DNA from: Octopus sinensis | Taxonomy: Eukaryota | Direction of reading: 5' to 3' | Length of the DNA: 64,000 bases | Assembly: GCF_006345805.1 (NCBI RefSeq) | Contig: NC_043000.1 | Span: 90,520,001 to 90,584,000, forward strand | Shown here: positions 1 through 11,800 of the stretch, in pieces | How positions within the stretch are numbered: position 1 is the first letter of the stretch | How the letters are laid out: the number at the start of each line of letters is the position of its first letter | The notes under the pieces: generated by a model | Database searches by the model: none | The model's input: only the letters and a program-made list of their open reading frames with translations | What the model was told of the DNA's origin: nothing | Translations under genes and position numbers: made by a program

Positions 1-508
1 TTGTGCCGATTTTTAAAGGAAAGAAAAAGGTCAATAAATACTTGCCATTACCCAAGATTTTCCAGGTGCTCATGAACGACGGATTTTGATAGGTTGAGGC
101 TTTCTGCCAATTCGCAATGTGGGTTATTCTCAATTAATAACTTGATTTGGTTATCATCTGTAGTGGATGGTCTGCCTGATCGCTCTTTATCAATAAGGCT
201 ACAATCTCCAGCTCGGAACCTTGCGAACCACTTCTGTACAGTTCTTCATCACTGTAAACCGCGCATGTTTTTTCGGTTGCTTGTGAGGCATTTTTCCCTT
301 TACGGAAAAAGAAAAGCATCAAGTGCCGAAAATGAACTTTCTTATCTTCCAATTTAAAGTGTTAAAGAACTAACACGAAAAGATAGCTTAAACTGTGCTC
401 TAAATGGAGTTGTAGTCAAATCCTATTTTATGAACTCAAACATGTTCTAAAATAAGTCGAAACGTAAAGCTACTATAAATCGGCACGAACTTTCCCGACA
501 ACCCAATA
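1..508 (-). mobile_element. Internally deleted mariner (Mos1-like) element; the second TIR is cut by the window start
   Basis: ORF 134-352(-) MEDKKVHFRHLMLFFFRKGKNASQATEKTCAVYSDE resembles the mariner N-terminal HTH. AAATCGGCACGAACTTTCCCGACAACCCAATA (477-508) is largely the reverse complement of the window start TTGTGCCGATTT. Confidence 0.8.
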
Positions 509-721
509 CATCAGGTTGCCGAAGCAAAAACTTCTTTTCTTTCGTTCATATTTTGTCGCCACCTGATGGATACGAACGGTGAAAGAGTTGGCTACTTTTT
601 GGATTTAAACTCAAGAAAATAGGAAGAAGGCACATTTTATTATTTCTGTGAACAGTTTGCCATGAAAAGATTATTAACTGTTTATTTATTTTTTTTCATA
701 AATTACGGCAACAGCAACATC

Positions 722-885
722 AAGTGGAGGCGCAATGGCCCAGTGGTTAGGGCAGCGTACTCGATTCCCAGACCGGGCATTGTGAGTGTTTATTGAGCAA
801 AAACACCTAAGCTCCACGAGGCTCCGGCGGGGGAGGGTGGTGAACCCCGCTGTACTCTTTCACCACAACTTTCCCTCTTTCTTCC
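722..885 (+). mobile_element. tRNA-derived SINE, family E (head with internal deletion)
   Basis: GGAGGCGCAATGGCCCAGTGGTTAGGGCAGCG A-box head; related sequence at 37699-37786(+) and 38772-39037(-). Confidence 0.7.
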
Positions 886-1176
886 TACTTCTGTCACAAA
901 GCAGAAGAACCATGATGTAACCCACTATGGTGTGGTAAACTTTCAGACCCTAGTCTAGATTGCGAATCCTCTGTACCCCAGGATGGTTCAGCTCTCCACC
1001 CGTTAAAAGCCACCGTTTACGGAATGAGGATAAAAACATAGCTTTCGCGCCCGTGTAACCGCAGGTCTATCGCGTGTGGTTGGTGGATCTTCAAGTTGCC
1101 ACACGCATTCTTAGTAGCTTAGTGTAGGCTCGAATTAGAGATTATTCTTTGTGGCTAATGGCGTGAGTCCTGATTG

Positions 1177-1400
1177 GAAGAAGAAGAAGAAGAAGAAGAA
1201 GAAGAAGAAGAAGAAGAAGAAGACATCAACATCATGATCTGCAGTGCGCTGTCATCGATGTCATCGTCGTCGTTGTCATTATCATCATGATCGTTATCAC
1301 CCTTATTGTCTTCGTTTTCGTGGTCATCATCATCATCATCATCATTGTCATCATTACCGTCGTCGTCGTCGTCGTCCTCATCACCAACACCACCACCACC

Positions 1401-1450
<50 letters not shown>

Positions 1451-1470
1451 TGTCATCGTTGTCGTCATCT
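1177..1470. repeat. Compound trinucleotide microsatellite (GAA/CAT/CGT/CAC)
   Basis: Directly visible; source of several spurious homopolymeric ORFs. Confidence 0.95.
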
Positions 1471-4082
1471 CTTGGCTGTAAAGTCGAATAACGATTTTTT
1501 TTCAATAAAAACAAATGACAAAAACGTTAAAACTGCTACGAAGAAAAAAAACCCAAAGAAAAAAATATGTATATAAATAAACAGAAACCAAAAAGTAAAA
1601 GAGAAAAAAGAAAAAGAAAAAAGAAACAACAATGAAAAACAAATAAACGATAACAATCTTTTCCTCCTCCTTTCACCACCACAACACATTCTTACTCACC
1701 CACACCACCACCACCACCACCGAAAAAAACACCCCCCCTTACCGCCCCCCCCAAAAAACAAGGAACTGAAGCCAACTAACACACATAACAAATATTGGTC
1801 TTGAATGGAATGGAATAACTAATTCTCTGGTATGTTTATTGGTAAGACGCACCGTAACTGTTTGCTAATTAATACCACAATTGCTACCATTAGCAGCAGC
1901 AGAAACAGTAGTAGTAGTAGTAGTAATAGTAGCAATAGTAGTAGTAGTTGTAGTGGTGGTGGTAGTAATAGTAGTAGTTACTACTTCTAGTCGTAGTAAT
2001 GTAAAAGTAGTCGTAGTACATGAATAATGGATTTCACAAGGCCGTTCCATATTAGATGTTGGCAAAAGTTTCTAACTTTAGGAAATCGAGTGACGTGCCA
2101 AAGCAAATAGTACATGACCTCCTGTAACCTACTAAAGAGTCTATGACCCTTGTTCAACCTGCCAACAGACACCATGAATAAGTTTTATCTGCGGTCACTA
2201 CATTTTTAACCTTAGAAAGAAGAAACACATACATATATACATACATACACACGTTGTATGGTGTAGATTACACGCACACATGCATAAACACAAGCACACA
2301 CACACATGTGTATACATGTGTGTGGAAAAAAAAAGTACAATAGAAGAAACGTAGAAAAAAAAGGATATGGAAAGAAAGACAGAAAGAAAAATATCCTTAA
2401 AAAAATAAAAGTTCTCTCTGAAAATATGCATGACAATGAACATTGTTGCTTGTTGTTATCGTTTGTTGTTTGTTGACGTTGATGTGGTTGTTTATTATAA
2501 TAACTACAGCAGTTGGTGGTGAAGACATCGCTGAAGAAAACAAGAAAAAAACCCCCCAAAAAACAGAACGAAACAAACGGAAACAAATACGCCGATGACA
2601 ACAACGGCCATGTTGAAGACAAGTTCGGTGACGATGATGATGATGATGATGATGATGATGACAGTGAGGAAGGAGAGGAGGTGGATCAAGAGGAAGAGAC
2701 CGATGATGGCAATGAAGATGATGGTAATGAGAATATTATTAATGCCGCTGCTGCTGCCACCTGCTACCTGCTGGTGCTGCTGCTGCTACTACTACTGCTA
2801 CTACTACTACTACTACTACTACGCCTTTTCCTCCTACTACTGCTTTATAGACTCCGCCGACAACACCACCACCACCGCGACTACCACCACTACCACCACT
2901 AGCTACCCCCACTACCCGAATACCCCCACTACCCCCACTACCAGACTACCCTCACTACTCCTCCCCACCGGCGCTGGCACAGGCACCACTGCCACCGCCT
3001 CCAATGTCACTGCTACTAATGTCACCACCACTGCCACCGCAACCGCTGCAACCGCCACCACTATCATCTCCACTGTCTTTGGTATCATTGTTGACTGATA
3101 AGAAACATGATTTAGAAAGAAAAAAAGGTGAGGAAAAGGAAGAAATTGAAGAAGAAGAAGAAGAAAAAGAAGAAGAGCAAGGACACAGTAACGATGGGAG
3201 ATGAGTCGGAGAACGATAAAAAAGAAAAGAACGCTGCTAGTGCTTCTGTTGTTTATGATGACGAAGATGATGATGATGATGATGAAAATGAAGAGCAGAA
3301 AGAAGAGAAACAAGAAGAAGAGGACGAAAGAAAAGAGCTACAAGAAGAAGAACAACGACAATAAAGATAGCAACACCGTCGACGACATACACGAAAACTT
3401 AGATTTGGTTATGAAATGAAAGTAAAACAGCTTAGAAACTAAAATAAGATTAAAATAAAGGTTAAATGATAGAATTAGTAAGATTTTAATTTAATCTTGA
3501 TACGAACAAAGACATATTCTTTCCAAAGTTTTTGTCTTATTTGAATGTTCTTTTGTGTTTTTGATTTTGTTGTTATCTTAATTATTATTTTTGATTGTTT
3601 TTATATTATTTGTAAATTTCATAATTTTTTTTTTTTTGGTTTGTTTCATTTTGTTTTGTTGTTTTTCTTCTTCCTTCAATTTTTATTTTCGGAAAAACTA
3701 AATCAAACACCGATATCACCCCGTATCTGTCATGAATATTTATACCTTTTGTTTTTAAAATACATGATTTGTTTGCCTGGGTCTGAAGAAGACGAAGAAC
3801 AAGAAGAAGGCGAAGAGGAAGAAGAAGAAGGAGGAGGAAGAAAGAAATTAAGACAACATTTATTTATAAATTTGTTAGTGTTTTCTTTTCGGTCCTTAAT
3901 TCCTCCTATGTTATCGTCCTTAAGAATCAGGCTTGACCCCTTTAATTAGATTTTACTTTGGGTCACATCGCAAACAAAATATTAAACAATATAAACAATA
4001 AAGAAAAAAGAATGGAGAAAAAGAGGAGAGAGAAAAAGGCGGAGGAGAATGTGACAAAGAGGGGATGATACTGTCAGAGGGA

Positions 4083-4145
<63 letters not shown>

Positions 4146-4375
4146 TATATGTACTGTATGTATGTATGTATGTATGTATGTATGTATGTATGTATAAAAA
4201 TACAGACAGGGGAGCAGTGAAATCGGGAGTTAGATTGTTAGCTTGAGAAATAGAAATTGAGTGTAAAAGATATTATCTCCGTCACTGTCTCTGTATGTGT
4301 GTATGTGTGTATGTGTGTATGTAAATATGTCTCCCTGTGTGTGTGTGTTTGTGTGTGTGTGTGTATCCTTTTATT

Positions 4376-4555
4376 CCTTTATTTTATTCTTTTATATGTG
4401 TTAGTCATTTGACTGCGACCATGCTGGAGCACCGCCTTTAGTCGAGCAAATCGACGCCAGGACTTTATTGTTTGTAAGCCTGGTCCCTTTTGTCGAAGCG
4501 CTAAGTTACGGGGACGTAAACACATGATCATCGGTCGTCAAGCGAAGCTGTGGAC

Positions 4556-4623
<68 letters not shown>

Positions 4624-5317
4624 TGTTAGGAAATTATTAAAACGATAAAGACGTTCTGTCGTATATTTAAGTTAAACGGGCAGAGAGTTTTTCATTCTGC
4701 ACTGTAAGGTCAGGATGAAGTCCATTGTCAAAATGGGGGAAGCTAGATGTTAATAGCCAGCTTGGGAAACTCTAACAAATTGGCTAGGCTTTAGCTAACC
4801 TTTATAAGCAGACATAATTGTACCCCCAGTTTTTTGTGACAACATTCAATTGGATTCTGGAAGCTGTGATTGCCTGTTTAGTTTATGCACTTTGTGCTTT
4901 GTGTTAGGCATTTATGGAATTATTTCAAGCTCCAGGAATTCGCCAGAACTTTTTGCTTGTCAGTTTTAAAATAATTTCTGTCATATTTGGGTCCAAAGTT
5001 CGAAAACCAAATTTGTGAGGCCAATTTGTGAATCCAGAGTGACGAATCCAAGTTTATGAAACGAAGATGGTGAAGCCGGGTTTCTGAGTTCGTATTTCTG
5101 AACTATATATATTTTACCTTTATAAATATTTTGACTGCACGTCTAGTGTAGCATTAATTTATTTTGTTCGTATATATTTGTTTTGTATGTAGAGTGTTTG
5201 TTTATGCTGACACTTAATTGTTAATAAAATTTTACAAAGAAATTCGTGGTGTGTTGTTGTTTTGAGTTACCCCAACCTTTTTCGTTGTGTAAATTCGGGT
5301 TATGGTCACCAGGTCGT

Positions 5318-5375
<58 letters not shown>

Positions 5376-5538
5376 GACAGGCTTCTTTCAGTTTCCGTCT
5401 ATCAAATCCACTCACAAGGCTTTGCTCCGCCCGAGGCTATAGTAGAAGAGACTTGTCCAATGTACCAAACAGTGGGATTGAAGTCGGAACCATGTGGTTG
5501 ATAAGCAGGCTACCTACCACACAGCCACTCCTGCGCCT
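4376..5538 (-). mobile_element. Composite SINE (head A 5373-5538, internal microsatellite, body B 4376-4565) interrupted by a solo LTR
   Basis: Head and body match the intact A-microsatellite-B copies at 13711-14129, 55929-56408 and 61375-61794. Confidence 0.7.
4624..5321 (+). mobile_element. Putative solo LTR (698 bp)
   Basis: TGTTA...TAACA termini (TG...CA), TATAAATA at 5121, AATAAA at 5223, flanks ACAT/ATAT as an imperfect 4-bp TSD, lying inside a (CA)n/(TA)n tract. Confidence 0.6.
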
Positions 5539-5738
5539 ATATATATATATATATATATATATGGAAGCGGATTTGAAAATTTGTAGACAGTATTTGATAG
5601 GAGAAAGTGTGTATTGTTTAGTCAAAACTATATGAGAAATCATATTTAAGTATTTATACGGAACTTTAGGGGAATGACCAACTTTTTTAGTTCATCTCCA
5701 GTCTTGTATGTGTTTGGCAAATGTATATATATATATAT

Positions 5739-5792
<54 letters not shown>

Positions 5793-5944
5793 TACACACA
5801 TATATATATATATATACTTTTTATCGTTTTTATCGTTTATCTTAATTTTTTTCAAGATCTGGTATTTATTTTATCGGAGCCTTTTGTAGAAACGCTAAGT
5901 ACGGGGATGCAAACAAACCAAACTTAATGTTATACTTTTTGTAT

Positions 5945-6002
<58 letters not shown>

Positions 6003-6372
6003 ACCCGAGTGCTATATTGCTTCATTTGGTCATTCCTTTGTACACAGACGCACACACACACACACGTACACACACACGCACACGTATGTATGTATTTATG
6101 TATGTGTGTCTGTATGTATGCGCACACACATGTGTGTATAATCTTCTAACGGGTAGCCATTACGTCTCTTGTATCATCAGAGAATGCTAGTGACAAGAGA
6201 AAAGCTGGAGGTCTGTGAACGCTTGACGCGCTGGGAAAGATGCCTTTAGCTTCCAGTATACGGGGCCCTATCTGCGGATCTTATCTATTTAGGCCGACAG
6301 AACAACAACAACAACAACAACAATAATAGTAATAATAACGATAATAATAATGATAATGATAATGATAATAAT

Positions 6373-7989
6373 AGCAACGAGAGAATGAGAAGTAGCACTG
6401 ACGGTAACATTAAAATACACAGGAGCATTTTCCAAGGAGACTCGCTCTCTCCGTTACTCATTGCGTTAACCCTTCTGACAACTCATTGCCTTAATCCTTC
6501 TGATATTGCGTTAATCCTTCTGACAACTCATTGCGCTAATTCTTCTGACATTGCACTAATCCTTCTGACAACTGTACTGAGAAAATCCGGGTCTGCCTAT
6601 GACTTTACCAAAACCAAGATAAGAATAAATCACTTACTTTATTTGGATGATCTCAAGATATATACAAAAAAATGAGACAGATCGGAATTCTCTGCTCCAA
6701 ACAGTCAGAATATTCTGTAAAGCACTGGAATGCAGTATGGTGCAGGTAAGTGTGAAGTTCTAACTGGGAAGAGAAGCCGGAAGATAAAGTAGTGTTGCAA
6801 GACGATAAGATAATGGAAAGAGATATGAGAGAGGCACTATGGAGTACAAAAGGAGAACTGCGAAGGTGCACGAATCAAAATTAAATGGAAAGCGCATCAT
6901 TAAAGCCACTTACGCATAGGCAATGTCAGTATTAAACTATTCTGCCCCCTTTCTGAAATGGACAAAAATCAACTCGCAGAACTTGTGTAGAACAGTTAGA
7001 AAGCCACAATCCACCCAAAAAGTAATACTGACCAACTCTGTCTGACAGGAACACCAAATTCAGCTACTTAGGTCGCACATAGACTGTTTCATAACCTTAA
7101 TTACTAAATGTGGAAGACACTGTGGGTACTGTGACACTAGGTCTGAAAAATTATGTTGTACAGAGTAAAGAAAGAATACTTTCGGCAGCCAGAGATGCCC
7201 CAAAGGTGACAGAAGCAGTAAAAGAAATTAAAGAGAAAAAGAAAAACAACAGGATGAACTAATGAAAAGAAATGGAACTGCATGACCAATTCATGAAACA
7301 AACGGAAAATATTGGAAGTGAAACTCGCTGGATTTGGTTGACGGACGGAATCTTGAAATGAGAAACAGAAACGTTAATTATAGCGACTCAGGAATAAACC
7401 CTTAGAACAAATCTGAATAAAGGCAAAGGTCAACAAAACTCAAGTAGCAAATGTAGAATCTGCAGGAAAGGAGACGAGAGTATTAGTCACATTTTGATTG
7501 GGTACAAAAGGAGTACAAGTGCAGACATGACTGTATAGGCAAAAAAGTGCATTGGGATGTTGGTCGAGTATGTAGCTTCAAAACTTCGCTATAAAACTTC
7601 GCTATAAAGACTAACGATACTATTGAGGCAAGAAGACCAGACTTGATTATAGGGGGGAAATAAACAGTGCAAGATCATATATTTTCGCAATTCCCTACGA
7701 TAGCAGAATCGATACCAAAGAAATGGAAGAAATTGAGAGCTGAGGAAACTGTAGAAGACCAAGACAATAATTATTTCTTTTGCAATCGGTGCAGTTGGTA
7801 CAACACTCAAAATGCTATCTAAAAGACTGAAAGAAAGCGGAATTGAAACTTACACTGTCGAATTGTAGAAAAGTACCATCCTATATTTTATAAGAATCCT
7901 AATAAAAATTCTTGAAATTTGAGGAGACTTGTTGTCTTCTCAAACTTGGAGATAAAATTCTTGCTAACTATATTGGCATACACTTGCGT
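6373..7989 (+). mobile_element. 5'-truncated, degenerate R4/Dong-type LINE (RT C-terminal half, CCHC-type knuckle, REL endonuclease)
   Basis: IFQGDSLSPLL and NHLLYLDDLKIY RT motifs (ORF 6385-6675); CRICRKGDESISHIL and RHD near 7450-7530; RRPDLII and FAIGAVGT near 7630-7800; (TAA)n on both sides. Confidence 0.85.
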
Positions 7990-8252
7990 AATAATAATAA
8001 TAATAATAATATAATAATAATAATAATGATAATAATAATAATAATAATAGTAGTAGTAGTAATAGTAGTAGTAGTAGTAGTAGTAATAATAACTTGGAGA
8101 TAAAATTCTTGCTAACTATATTGGCATACAATTGCGTAATAATAATAATAGTAATATTAATAATAATAATAATAATAATAACAGTAGTAGTAGTAGTAAT
8201 AATAATAGTAATAATAATAGTAATAATAATAGTAGTAGTAATAGTAGTAGTA

Positions 8253-8300
<48 letters not shown>

Positions 8301-8309
8301 GTAGTAGTA

Positions 8310-8345
<36 letters not shown>

Positions 8346-8360
8346 GTAGTAGTAGTAGTA

Positions 8361-8416
<56 letters not shown>
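7990..8416. repeat. (TAA)n/(TAG)n tract containing a 47-bp duplicate of the LINE 3' end (8091-8137)
   Basis: Directly visible. Confidence 0.95.
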
Positions 8417-8417
<1 letters not shown>

Positions 8418-8812
8418 GAGATCACGAAGAAAAAAATACTTTCTAATTGATGTATCAATACCAGCAGATGACAACGTGTCTCTAAACGAAATGGAGAAAC
8501 TTTCAAAATTCAAAGACCTGAAAATAGAGGTAATTCGAATGTGGAGTTTAAAAACAGAAACAATTCCTTTCATTATAGGCGCATTAGGTATGATAAAAAA
8601 ATATTCAGAGAAATACATAACAAAAACACCAAGACTAAAAAAATATATATAACATACAGAAAATAGCACTACTAGGCACCACACACATCCTACGTAAAAC
8701 ACTTTTAGCACAGTAACAATAAGAGCATCACATCAAACCACAGCACATGCCCAAGGCACACGAAGCTGCGCTCGGTAGTGCAGTGACAGCACGTGATAAA
8801 AGTAAGACTACA

Positions 8813-8813
<1 letters not shown>
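8417..8813 (+). mobile_element. Short 3' fragment of a second R4/Dong-type LINE (REL domain, 3' UTR, TAA tail)
   Basis: Translates to YFLIDVSIPADDNVSLNEMEKLSKFKDLKIEVIRMWSLKTETIPFIIGALG...IQKIALLGTTHILRKTL; TAA tracts at both ends. Confidence 0.85.
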
Positions 8814-8846
<33 letters not shown>

Positions 8847-11800
8847 CACAAAAATGAAACTTTACTGCCATACAAAGCAGTTTCTCCCGTGCACGACGTC
8901 TCGGTGAAACATGTGCGAAACACGTGTAATCAACACCGGAAAGTTTAAAAATTATAAAATATGAATGGAACAAAACAGTAAGTACATAAATTGCGTAATT
9001 ACGCATACACTCGAATGCCTACACAATCATGTATATATTTTAATACCCTAGGACTACGCATACACCCTAATGTTTACATAACTACGTGACATTTACAGGA
9101 CACACATACACGCACATGAAAACACGTGTCACAAACGAGGCAAAAAGAAAAGAAAACAAAAAACGAAATAAAACAATCTTTTATTTTTCGAACTAACACA
9201 GACACCACAAAAAACTATGCCCGGAGATAAATCTATCAGCAAAAAAATACAAATACAGATCTGTTAGTCTTAAAAAGCTACGTCACGAGCAATGTTTACA
9301 TGAAGAGATCCGTCTCCTAATGTCAACGTTCAAGCTCGTCATGCCTCAATCATAACAAAGCCGAATACAAACCAGGTTTGTCGTCTTCCGGGACATCAAG
9401 GGTCGCGTAGTCGAATGATGAACCAGGTTCGGTACGAAATATCAGCTACTAGTTCAAATATTCCCGAAACACAGGAGCTGGAAGTACCCCACAACGGGAA
9501 TATTCCAACACATGCCCATCCATGCTCGTCATCAAATAACCAAAAGAAAAAGAATGAAAAATGGTCTAGGGGAAATAATAAAGAAGTTCTTTACGGCCTC
9601 TTATCATGCCATATATCTTCCCACAAATAAATCTAATACTGTACAAAACTACTTAAACTTTGAAGTAAGACCCTACATAGACTGTAACAAACTTGCCAAC
9701 GCCAGAAGAAACATTATGAAAAGAAATTACTAACTGAATTAGAGATTGAACACATTAAACAATCAGTACGGGATAAAAGGAACGAAGTTGCAGCTAAAGA
9801 AGATATTACAGAATAAATAATTATAGACCAGTCCAGGGTTGATGAAAATGCAATAATAATCGAAAGAGTTAATGTAACTGATAGGCAAAGTGAAATACTC
9901 TCTGAACCAACCATAAACACTAAGATAAAAATCGAATAGATAAAGAAAGTTAGATATAAATTTACCCAACAGGACTGCATGTTCTAAAAAAATCAAATCA
10001 TGATTGAATGGCTTAAAATGAAAGAATCCCAATAGGAATGAATGCGATACTCTCCCGAAAATTCCCAACTCTAAACAAAACCTGAAAATACTTGGTAAAA
10101 TCCGCCTTGGACTTAAGATATAATTTCAGCTAATGATGTTGATATTACAGATCTCAACCATCTGTACTATGCATCCGCGAAAATCTCAACGATTCTATGT
10201 GGTGAAAAGATTAGAAAACAACAACATTCCCATAAAAAGCCTACTTGCCAAGAGCGTATTCAACCCCAAATTTAGCTATTTAGGTCTCACATAGAATGTT
10301 TAAAAACCTTAATTTTGACAAGAGTATCAAACCAACAGAAATCCGAAAATTAAAGTAAAAAATATATGAAAACCATATTTGACATCGATACCACCATAGA
10401 AACCATGAAGCAAAAGATATGTGCTAAAGCTGCCGGCAAAGCATGGTATGAAAAGCGCGTTAGATTCTTCAAGGACAATAACATGTTAAAAAATAACCCA
10501 ACAAATTTTTACAGGAAGATAAGGAAAATACCAGTTACACTAAAGTCTATCCCATCAAAAGAAGTGCAGGAATTTTGGAATAAAATTTGGACAGAAGAAA
10601 AAACACTCAATGAAAAGGCCCCTTAGATTGATAGAATATCTAGACTTAGAATCCTTAGAAGAGCAAAAGTGGGAGGGTATCAAGGTAGAGGATGAAAGGT
10701 CTGCCCTTAGGAAGTCAAGCAAATGGAAGTCTCCAGGAAAGGATAACATTCCTAACTTCTGGTTGAATGTCTTTCCAGAGAGCCATGAATTGCTAACAAA
10801 ACTTTACAACAATGTTTTGCAACGATCCAGTGTGATTTCCTCTTACCTAGTTAATGGTGTAACATTCCTACTTTCAAAAAATGAAGAAACAAATGAACCA
10901 AAAAAATATAGACCCATAACCTGCTTACCAACAATGTATAAAATGCTAACATCTGTCTTGACTGAATATACCTATAGCCTTTTAATAGGAATTGGTATAT
11001 TCCCTAATGAGCAAAAAGGATGTAAACGTGGGTCTTATGGTTGTAAAGATAAGCTACTCATCAATAAAATGATCTTGGAAGATTGTCACAAACGACACAA
11101 AATCTTGTCGATAACTCTGCGAATGCAGAGCCGAGGGTACGGGCTTGAAGAAGTTCTCGGTATCGAGCGCGGGTAAACGGCGGGAGTAACTTGGACTCTC
11201 TTCAGGTGAACGGATCGAAGGCGACGAGGATGTTGCCGCTATCCCTATCTACTACTGTCTAGCGATAAGCAGAGCTGAGTTACTACGACGAAGACCACGA
11301 GTGTGTGTGTCCGTGTGTTATCCACGCGCATCGAAGCGGCGATTTCACTTGAGAGAGTTCTCGGTCGAGTGCACGAGTCGAAAGAGTTATGCGGCCGGTC
11401 GATTGCCGGGGAGTAAGTCTGATAGACTATAAAAAAGCTTTTGATAGTCTACTACATAACTGGATTAAGAAATATCTAGAAAAGTTTAAAATAGCGCCTA
11501 CTCTGCGAAACTTCTTGTCTGTAAGTAAGAGATCATGGAGAACCACATTGACTTTGAACAGTGACAATGAATCTCTTAATGCTGGAGATGTAAGAATTTC
11601 ATGTGGCATTTGCTAGGGTGACTCTCTATCACCACTCCTCTTTTGTCTAGTCTTAATATCGCTCTCGAAAGTGCTCAATGATCTACAATACAATTATAAA
11701 ATGCTTGATAAAAATATAAATCATCTCATTTACATGAATGATAAAATTCTCTTTGTAAAAAATGACCAACAACTACAGGGCTTACTAGCGACTGTTAAAC

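Noticed and set aside
900-1176. Possible LINE 5' UTR fragment on the minus strand beside (GAA)n
   Set aside because: No second copy or diagnostic motif in the window to support a call.
7960-8420. CRISPR-like or coding repeat arrays
   Set aside because: Only simple sequence repeats; no constant repeat with unique spacers anywhere in the window.
8895-8935. GAAACACGTGTA half-hammerhead (similar one near 9118-9130)
   Set aside because: No CUGANGA core at the required position.
11150-11205. CTGAAGA on the minus strand as a hammerhead core within the insert
   Set aside because: A possible stem II follows but no GAAA or stem III; the motif derives from the mutated 28S sequence.
11166-11265. A real 28S rRNA gene or rDNA unit
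   Set aside because: Only short, mutated, out-of-order fragments inside a LINE; no flanking rDNA.
11411-11421. GA|GTAAGT donor-like site suggesting the insert is an intron
   Set aside because: The donor lies at the 3' end of the insert and the insert lacks GT...AG ends on either strand.
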